From Eledone cirrhosa (taxonomy: Eukaryota), in NCBI GenBank assembly GCA_964016885.1, contig OZ024742.1:327732001-327796000 (forward strand): a DNA stretch of 64,000 nucleotides, in the 5' to 3' direction. Made by a program: the position numbers and the translations under genes. The notes beneath the pieces are model-generated. The model ran no database searches. It had not been told where the DNA came from and saw nothing but the letters and a program-made list of their open reading frames with translations. Each line of letters starts with the position of its first letter. Within the stretch, counting starts at the first letter, position 1. Shown here piece by piece: positions 54,557 to 64,000 of this stretch.

Positions 54557-54820
54557 GTGAGGAAGATGAAAGACCAAGGGAGCACCCCTTCTCTGTGCTC
54601 CTGAGGAGAAGGGTTGCACACTTTTTTCGGGGGTGTGTGCGTCCCCCCAAGGCGCCTCCTCTCTATTGAGGATTTTGTTAAACATTTTATTTTTTGTTAT
54701 ATCTTATTTTATTTTTATATTTTGTTATTGCCTCCTCCTTATTGAGGACGCCTTTTTGTGTAAACTCCCCCCTTTGTACTTGTCCCACTTTTGATGCCCT
54801 GGTGGCAAATAAAAGAAACA

Positions 54821-54863
<43 letters not shown>

Positions 54864-54867
54864 TTCA

Positions 54868-54928
<61 letters not shown>

Positions 54929-55117
54929 ACTATAGCTCTATGCCGTCTCTGTCTCACTTTCTCTAATTCTGGTCAGCTTTTCGCTTCTTTTACATATTTT
55001 CTGAATTTTAATTCATACAGAATCACTCCCATGAGAAAGACGCATATATACATACTCATACATGCATGCACACACATACATACACACGCACACACACACA
55101 CTCACACACATTTATAT

Positions 55118-55261
<144 letters not shown>

Positions 55262-55482
55262 TAATATATACTGATACATATTCGTAATACCTACCTACAT
55301 ACATATGTATCGTACACATATATGCATGCACACATATATACATATATACGCTACGCATATACACCTACACAAGCACGCATACACACATGCACACACAAAT
55401 ACACCTACACACACACATATATATACATATATACATATATATATATATAATAATATATTTAGAAACACACAGATACATGCGG

Positions 55483-55553
<71 letters not shown>

Positions 55554-55576
55554 CATATATATATACATACATACAT

Positions 55577-55613
<37 letters not shown>

Positions 55614-55640
55614 AATATATAAATATAAATATATATATAT

Positions 55641-55758
<118 letters not shown>

Positions 55759-55964
55759 GTACACTTACACATATTCGAAATACCGCACATCCATACATAT
55801 ATAAAATGGCGATCTCTGGAGAGATGCAATTCCATTTAGAAGAGAATATAACAGAAGACGAGAAGACAACATTGTCTTGACATACAGCGCCACCCAGCGA
55901 CAACTCCTCCACTATGAGATATCCAAGTGTAATTGGATGAGATCATATACTATGTAATAATGTT

Positions 55965-55997
55965 GATGATGATGACTACTGCTGTTGCTACTACTAG

Positions 55998-56055
<58 letters not shown>

Positions 56056-56760
56056 GCTACTACTACTGCTGCTACTACTACTACTACTGCTACTACTACT
56101 GCTACTACTACTACTAGTAATAACAATGATAGTAACATGAGAAAGAGATGAAGGATGAGTATAAAGAGGAAATAGATAAGAGGGTGGGGGGATAATGGGG
56201 GGGGGGGTAGAAATATGGATGCGGAGGGGGAGAAGAAAGAGGAGAAGGACGAAGGGAAGGAGGAGCAGAAAGATGAAGAGGAGGAGGAGGAGGTGAAAGG
56301 GGAGTAAGAAGCAGAGAGGAGATATAGATGATGATGACGATGATGATGATGGTGATGATGATGAAGATGTTGATGGTGATGATGACAATCATGATGATGA
56401 AGATGATGATGATGATGATGACGATGAAGAAGATGATGATGATGATGATGACGATGATGATGAAGATGATGACGACAATGATGATGATGACGATGATGAT
56501 GATGATGATGACATGATGCTGATGATGATGACGTGATGATGATGGTGATGATGATGATGACGATGATGATGACGTGACGATGACGATGATGATGTCGATG
56601 ACGATGACGATGATGACGACGACGACGACAATGATGATGACGACGATGATGATGATGATGTCGATGATGATGATGATGTTAATGATGATTTGATGATGAC
56701 GATGATGATGATGATGATTATGGTGATGATGATGATGACGATGATGATGATGATGATGAG
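55965..56760 (+). repeat. (CTA)n and (GAT)n trinucleotide arrays
   Basis: Direct reading. Confidence 0.9.
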
Positions 56761-57066
56761 AGCAAGCAACAACACTAACAACAAGTTTATGGAAAGACAG
56801 AAGAAACACATTGAAATACCGAAACAAAAACAAGAACAAGGAAAATGGCGAAGAATCATAGAGTAAAAATGAGAAAGTAAATGAGTAAAGAATTTATGAA
56901 AAAGTACTTTAGAATTGGTCAAGTGATTTAAGTGAATTAAACTGTTAAAATCGATCAAGAATTGTGCATATCCACGTTATTAAGTGCATCGGTGTTCGTA
57001 GCAATTTAATATTATACGGTCTTATAATATAATTACTTGAGATTTATATATGTGTACATGAGAGTA

Positions 57067-57738
57067 ATGTATGTATATATGTAAGTATGTATGTATGTAA
57101 GTAACTTTGTATGTAAGTATGTCTGTATGCATGTATGTATGTATGTATGTATGTATGTATGTATGTATGTATGTATGTATGTATGCATGTATGTATGTAT
57201 GTATGTATGCATGTATGTATGTATGTATGCATGTATGTATGTATGTATGTATGTATGTATGTATGTATGTATGTATGTATGCATGCATGTATGTATGTAT
57301 GTATGTATGTATGCATGCATGTATGTATGTATGTATGTATGTATGTATGTATGTATGCATGTATGTATCTATGTATGTATGCATGTATGTATGTATGTAT
57401 GTATGTATGTATGTATGTATGTATGTATGTATTTATGCATGTATGTATGCATGTATGTATGCATGTATGTAAGCATGTATGTATGTATGTATGTATGTAT
57501 GTATGTATGCATGTATGTATGTATGTATGTATGTATGTATTTATGCATGTATGTATGCATGTATGTAAGCATGTATGTATGTATGTATGTATGTATGTAT
57601 GTATGTATGTATGTATGTATGTATGTATGTATGCATGCATGTAAGCATGTATGTTAGCATGTATGTTAGCATGTATGTATGTAAGTATGTATGTAAGTAT
57701 GTATGTATGCTTGTATGTATGTATGCATGTATGTATGT
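57067..57738 (+). repeat. (ATGT)n tetranucleotide array
   Basis: Direct reading; abuts the R4-like 3' end. Confidence 0.95.
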
Positions 57739-60700
57739 TCTTCTGGTTTTATAATTTCACAAAGTTTTACCAATAGAGAGAGAGTCGGTTTCTAACATAG
57801 ACACAAGACTCTCTCATTGGAATTTACACAACATCAACTAGGTAGATATGTATGTATGTCTGCATACATGCATGTGTAGATATGGATGTTATTGTATGTG
57901 TGGATGTGTATGTTTTGAGTTGTATGTGTGCATGTGTATATGCTTTGTATCTGTACATGTGTATATGCAGTTATTAGAGGCAACATTTTTGGAATGTTTT
58001 ACATATTTTTACTGTTCCATTAATGGATTGTACTTGTAATTTCCTAACTAGTTGTGTTCTTTCTGTTCCTGTGAAGCCTAGCTTCTCAAGATTTGTATTG
58101 AGGCAGTTACTAACATATCCCAGTGCCCCAATAATCACAGGCATAAATCTGAAGATGTAATCAGGGTGGAGTATCTGCAGATTTCTCATCAGTTCTGCAT
58201 AAATATTCTCCTTTTCACTAATCTTTGATATTATATTGGCATCTGCTGGGCAGCTAATTTCCACTACTGTGCATGTTTTCTTCTCCCTGTCCCATATCAT
58301 AATATCTGGTCTGTTATGCCTGCATTTTATTGGGTTTTTACTGAACATTCCACCAGTACTCTTTCATATTATGTACATGGATGTCTTCCACATTGTTGTA
58401 GCTTTTAATGTGTTTATCATCGGGGCTATCTTTTTTACGAACTGCATTGTACAATGTTTTGGCCACTACATCATGCCTCATAGGTAGATAGTACCGCGAT
58501 GACATCTTTGGGCAGCTGCTGATGACATGGGTGATATCCTCGATGTTTGTTTTCCAGAGTCTGCACTTCTTATCACATCTAGGTGTTTTGCCTGCATCCC
58601 TATCTCTTTTGTGAATCAGATATTTCGTGCTAATCTCCTGTTCTTGGATTGCAAAAGCGTATCCTTCAAAGTGGGAGCCAATATAGCGGTTGTTGGTCCA
58701 AGATAGACTACTTTCCTTATCTATATTACTCTCACTCTGGAGCTTCCTGGCAACATATCCATGCATGTTTTTTTGCTGATAGGGATGCAGTTTTTTTATC
58801 CATGGATTCACTGCGATACTGCTGAGCGACATCCCTGGGTGTGAGTTTTTGATTATCACACAGGGAATATCTCTCAAGGAGTTCCTTCCCAACTCTCATG
58901 ATCTTATCTGTTGCATGCAGATAGACTTGCTCGAGAAGCAGGCTCCTACGCTTCGAGGTTCTTATATGTTGTCGGAGAGATATGATGCGACATTCAAATG
59001 TTGTCTGGACTGATGTTAGGCCTCTGCCTCTCTGCTTACGTTTCAAGTAAAGGCGGTCTATGTCACTGTTGGTGTGGAAGTTTCCGGTGTTGTTCAGTAT
59101 TTTTCGAGTTCCAACATCAACTGCTCGGATTTCGTCTATCGTCCAATTGAGTATTCCAAACGTTGGTGTTAGGACAGGCACAGCAAAGAGTTCCGATGAC
59201 CAGATCTTTCTTAATCGGGTGTAGTATTCCCTAGTTACGCGTTCTTTATTACAGATACCATTATAGGATATGTTCTCATCTATCCCCAGGTATCTGTAGC
59301 AGTCCACACCAGATATCGGTGAAACAGTTAGACCATTGATGATAATGTTGCTAGATTGGGTTGTTGTTTTTCCCCGCTTTACAGTCATGTATGAGCATTT
59401 ATCTTAGCTAAACTCCATTCCTACATCCTTTAAGAACGTTGTAACCAGGTCAAGATTTTTCTTCATCCCATCCATCTTCTTGGCATAGAGTTTCAGATCG
59501 TCCACAAAGAACTTATGGGTTAAGTTCGTATTTCTGTCCTCCTGTGAGCCAATGATATATCCCTCACATTTCTTGAGCAGAAAGGACAAGGGGTTTAATG
59601 ACAAGATGAACAATATCACAGAGAGACTGTCCCCCTGAAATATACCCCTGCAATATTTTATTTTATCAGGGAAAATAGAGTCCTCCCTCTCTGTCTTTAA
59701 CCTTAGGATAGTAGCCCAAGAAGAAGACAGCCTCTCTATGGCTCTGACAATAATGTCTGGGACTTTAGCAAGTTGGAGGGCCTCTATCATCCAAGAGTGG
59801 GGAACAGAATCGAAAGCTTTCTTGTAGTCCAGCCAGACTGTAGTCATATTTCTCCTAAGTTGTCGCACCTCCGACATCGCAGTTTTGTTGATTAGGAGTT
59901 GTTCAGCACATCCCCAAACCCTTTTCTTTCCAGCTGCTTGTTCATCTGTGATGATGTTATTATTTTCACAGTGATCTTGGAGGAATAGGTTGAGGCAGAC
60001 TGTATACATCCTATACATTAGGTTCTGGCATGCAATGGGTCGGTAGTTTTTTGCCAAGTGGGTGTCTTTGTTCTTGGGGACCAGTAACGTTTGTGCTAAT
60101 GTCAACCATTCTGTTGGCAGAGGTCAGTAAGATACCTCCGATAGAATATTAGTATTTTGTACCAGTAGCCGACAATCATGTCTCTTCCTGGTGTTTTCTT
60201 ATCTTGGAGTTTTCCTATCACAGTCTCAAGGGTACCCTCACTTATTTCGTATGTTTTTGTTGTAGTGTAGGAGCAATAGTTCTTTCGGATTTCTCTTAGC
60301 CACACTGCATCTTGGTTGAAATTCTTCTTTTCACCCCATATTTTTCTCCAAAAGGAATCAATGTCATTCTGGGATGGGGCCTCAGTGACACTTATTATTT
60401 TGCCCTTCATATCTCTATAGACTGATGTTTGGTTTCGTCTGAATCTTTTATTAAGCATTTTTCTCTCATCTACCTTCTTCAGGTATCGGCGTTTTTCGCT
60501 AACAGCTCTCAATTCTTGTTTGAGGGTGATCAGCTTATATTGGAGAGTTCTGGTTCTACTGTCACCAAATATCGTCTCTATTTTATTTTTCACTCTTTGT
60601 TGGTGAGGAGTGAGGTTTTTTTTGTGTTTGTTTGCATGTAAAGAGCATTATCACATGTCCTATGTTTTTTGGTAGGTCAGCACTCGTTTTTTCTATTTTA

Positions 60701-61757
60701 GTTATATATGATGGTATTTTTGGTGGTGTTTTGTTCTTGTTAATATCTCTGCAATCACCAAGATAATGCTTCACTGTCATTGCTAAGGCATATAAACAGG
60801 CGTTGATTTGCCAAAATGTTGGGGTTTTTATCCGTCGTAAATATTCATCCCCTATTTCGTCAATAACACGTAGTATTTCATTATTTGGTTTTTTATTCAC
60901 CATTGTCATTTTAACACGTTCAGCCAGAGAGATATTTATACATGAGTTAATTTCTCTCTGGAAGATTTCGTTGAGGGAAATTTTCAATTGTTTATACTTT
61001 TGATTATCATTGTCGATAGTATTTTCCACAACAGTCGAGGTAGACTCAGATGGTATACGTGGTGTCACATGTATTCGATTATTATTAATATTTCTTCGAT
61101 TATTATTATTATCGATAGTGTTTTCCCCAGCATTCAAGGTAGACTTAGATGGTACAGGCATAGTTGTTTCAAGGCGCTGTTCGACCTGGCTGCTAGGAAG
61201 TCTAGTAGCATGGCGATCTGTAGCACGTGTTGTTGATTCCATGTTTGTTGTGGGGACTTAGAATAAATAATATTTATCTTATTTTTACGTTCAACAAACG
61301 TCGCTTGTTGGCGTAATTGTTTCGCTGTGAAATAATTTAGCTCTGGGTGCATTTCGTCCCAGTGTAGCTTCATTCTATTCATATAGACAATGGAGGGATT
61401 GTTTTTTGCCATTTTATAACAATTAAATAAATCATTATTATGTTCGCAACTCCAAGAGAAATGCGATTTATAATTTCGGTTTCTTCTGTAGCTACAACTG
61501 AATAAAGTTTGATTACCTTCTTTGTTATTTGTCTTCGATACTTCCTTAATTTTTTTGTTGATGTTGTGTTCAGCCATGCTGTTTGTAGCAAATCCTTGTA
61601 AAATGAATTATGTATTTACTCGGATATCTCTACGAATTCGAATAAAAGGGGTCTTCAGAAGGGACAGTTAGAAGGATAACCAGTTATTCAACCTGGCTGT
61701 AGTTGTGGCATTACTGTCGGAGATAGTATTCATCTTAAATTTAATAAATAGTCTCCC
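57739..61757 (-). mobile_element. Near full-length R4/Dong-like RLE retrotransposon in (CATA)n, single ORF broken by several frameshifts
   Basis: ORF pieces 61577 to 57974: N-terminal region, KTPGRD, YRPIAC, DYKKAFDSVPHSW, GIFQGDSLS, FVDDLKLY, YRYLG, CRL...EDITHVISSC, NRPDIMIWD...VEISCP. ATGT arrays on both flanks. Confidence 0.9.
61663..61757 (-). ncRNA. Candidate HDV-like ribozyme at the 5' end of the R4-like element (incomplete)
   Basis: Minus strand: P2 GACAG...CTGTC, P3 TAA/CTA (one mismatch), L3 TGCCACAA with CC, GG for P1.1, P4 GAATAAC/GTTATCC, J4/2 CTAA. The 5' strand of P1 is absent. Confidence 0.4.
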
Positions 61758-61788
61758 ATGTAAGTATGTATGTATGTATGTATGTATG

Positions 61789-61819
<31 letters not shown>

Positions 61820-61854
61820 GTATGTATGTATGTAAGCATGTATGTAAGCATGTT

Positions 61855-62605
61855 TATCCCTTTCTCTTAATTTCGAGTACATTATTTTGACCAGCCACCT
61901 TCCTGGTGGCAAGGTTGTAAAAGAAAAGAAATTGTCATCCCTTGAATCGCAAGAATGTTTTGCAAATTTTGAAGCTGCCAGCTATCGCAGCCATTTATAG
62001 ACTATGAATTAGGGAGCTGCGCTTTTTGTCCGCAAATCCAAGTTCAGTCATACTTTGGTCCAAGCGGGTTTGTATATAACCCGTAGCTCCAATAATGATG
62101 GGTATGAAGCTAAAGGTGTATCTTGGATACTGGATTTGTAAACTCCTCATCAATGGTCCGTAGATGTCCTCCTTCTCCTGTATTTTTCTGACAACGTTTA
62201 CACAAGTGGGCAGCTGATCTCCACAACAGAACACGTTTCCAATGTGAGGTCCCAAACAACAATATCAGGCCGATTGTGCTTTAATTTGGTGGCAGTTTTT
62301 ATTTTCAGGTTCCACCAGTATTTCTTAGTGCCATCTGTCTCAATATATTCTTCCTCGTTTGTTGTTAATTTTGTTTTCCGAAGTGCGTTCCAGATGGTTC
62401 TAGCTATCCCTTCGTGTCTCATGGGGAGGTAGTAGCGAGATGACATTCTTTCGCAGCTGGCAACAATGTGGCTTACATCCTCGATCTTTGTTTTACATAG
62501 CCTACATTTATTGTCAGCTGCTGCCCTCCTCTTTTGTGCAGCAGATATTTGGTAGGGAGTTCTTGTTCCTGTATTGCATAGAGATATCCCTCAAGGTGTG
62601 ATGTC
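61855..62605 (-). mobile_element. 3' fragment of a second R4/Dong-like family in (CATA)n
   Basis: AIQEQELPTKYL, MSSRYYLPMRH, HNRPDIVVWD...VEISCP; different 3' UTR; ATGT arrays on both flanks. Confidence 0.85.
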
Positions 62606-62788
62606 ATAAACTTGTCGGAACTCCATGTATGTATGTATGTATGTATGTATGTATGTATGTATGTATGTATGTATGTATGTATGTATGTATGTATGTATGT
62701 ATGTATGTATGTATGTATGTGAGTATGTATGTATGCTTTTATGTATGTATGCATGTATGTATGTAAGTATGTATGTATGTATGTATGT

Positions 62789-64000
62789 ATGAAGGATCAG
62801 TGGTGGAGTGAGAAGGCTGGTGAGATACAAACTGCGTCTGATTCCAATAACACAAAGCTGTTGTACAATCTCTTGCGTGAGGTTTATGGACCGTCTTCTT
62901 CTCTGGTGACACCGCTTCGCAGCAAGGATGGCAAAGAACTTCTTCGTGACTCACAAGGAATTCTACGAAGGTGGCGAGAGCACTTTGATGATCTTTTGAA
63001 TCAGCCGTCTTTCGTCAGTGAAGATTTCCTCAATCTCATTCCAGAAAGTCCTGTGAAAGTAGCTCTTGCAGAACCTCCGACGCTTGTGGAGGTTGCAGTG
63101 GCTATTTCGAAGCTGAACAGTGGAATATCTCCAGGTATGGATGGCATACACGGTGAGCTCCTACAATATGGTGGTGAGAGACTCCTGCAATATCTTCACT
63201 CTTTGTTTGGCAGGATATGGGCTAATGAATCCGTACCTGAGGACAGGAGAGATGCAGTAATGGTGGTCTTGTACAAGGGAAAGGGTAACAGGAACTATTG
63301 TGGGAACTACAGAGGTATATCATTACTTTCTGTCGTAGGGAAAGTTTTATGTAGCGTGCTTCTGGACTGTCTGCTGACACACATTGCAGATTGTGTTCTT
63401 CCTGAAAGTCAATCTGGTTTTCGTGCTGGACGCGGCACTACTGATATGATCTTCTCAGCTAGACAGCTCCAGGAGAAGTGCATGGAACAAGGCTTGGATC
63501 TGTATCAGGTTTTTGTCGATCTGACAAAAGCTTTCGATACTGTTAACAGAGATGCATTATGGAAGGTTCTCCAGAAGCTTGGTTGCCCTGATAAGTTCCT
63601 TGCTTTAGTTTGGTCTTTCCATGACGACATGAAGGTTTGGGTTAATGTCGAGGGTAAGATGTCGGAGCCTATCTCAGTAAAAAATGGAGTGAAACAGGGG
63701 GATATTCCAGCACCGACCCTGTTTGCCATATACTTTGCAATGGTTTTCTGTATTGCATTCAGGAATTGCGAGCATGGTGTTTACATCCGATATCGAACCT
63801 CAGGCAGCATATTTAACATCAGGCGCTTTGCTGCGAAGACAAAAGTATTTACATCAATCATAAGAGACCTCTTGTATGCAGATGATTGCGATCTTGTAGC
63901 GCACACAGAGAGTGATATGCAGCACATTTTGAATGCATTTTCTGACGTTTGCACTGCCCTACGTCTGACTGTCAGTCTCAAAAAAACCGTCGTCATGTAC
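62789..64000 (+). CDS. RTE-clade LINE reverse transcriptase, 5'-truncated, open to window end
   Basis: One frame from 62789 reads RWREHFDDLLN, PGMDGI, NYRGISLL, PESQSGFR, FVDLTKAFD, GVKQGD..PTLF, LYADD, KKT. It is absent from the ORF track, presumably because no stop lies inside the window. Confidence 0.9.
   Translation, partial: MKDQWWSEKAGEIQTASDSNNTKLLYNLLREVYGPSSSLVTPLRSKDGKELLRDSQGILRRWREHFDDLLNQPSFVSEDFLNLIPESPVKVALAEPPTLVEVAVAISKLNSGISPGMDGIHGELLQYGGERLLQYLHSLFGRIWANESVPEDRRDAVMVVLYKGKGNRNYCGNYRGISLLSVVGKVLCSVLLDCLLTHIADCVLPESQSGFRAGRGTTDMIFSARQLQEKCMEQGLDLYQVFVDLTKAFDTVNRDALWKVLQKLGCPDKFLALVWSFHDDMKVWVNVEGKMSEPISVKNGVKQGDIPAPTLFAIYFAMVFCIAFRNCEHGVYIRYRTSGSIFNIRRFAAKTKVFTSIIRDLLYADDCDLVAHTESDMQHILNAFSDVCTALRLTVSLKKTVVMY

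Larger units (their letters stand above)
49082..54820 (+). mobile_element. Full-length Tx1/L1-clade LINE inserted in (TATC)n
   Basis: 5' UTR, ORF1, ORF2 (APE-RT-zinc finger) and 3' UTR ending AATAAAAGAAAC. (CTAT)n at 49048-49080 and 54821-54927. Confidence 0.93.

Overview
Eukaryotic, AT-rich, microsatellite-saturated non-genic DNA. The SINE families and repeat landscape look like a cephalopod (probably octopus); that taxon call is an inference. I found no convincing host gene. Nearly all short ORFs in the track are artefacts of (TA)n, (CA)n, (TATG)n, (TATC)n and (CAT)n repeats. The window is built from transposable elements: three Helitron insertions (one a head-to-tail composite carrying a decayed RepHel), a Chapaev3-like DNA transposon, a near-intact Tx1/L1-clade LINE plus three truncated copies, R4/Dong-like RLE retrotransposons, an RTE LINE running off the right edge, RTE-like non-autonomous elements, two tRNA-derived SINE families, and four Penelope-like elements (PLEs) with inverted pseudo-LTRs containing minimal hammerhead ribozymes. 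Most notable points: (i) each retroelement class sits in its own microsatellite (PLE in (TA)n, Tx1 in (TATC)n, R4/Dong in (CATA)n, RTE in (ATGT)n); (ii) there are five hammerhead motifs, and the PLE 5' inversion breakpoints cluster inside the ribozyme; (iii) there are two candidate HDV-like ribozymes; (iv) a ~20-nt motif is shared by the SINE 3' end and the R4 3' UTR loop; (v) (TA)n-bounded inverted micro-duplications recur. All alignments and folds were done by eye.
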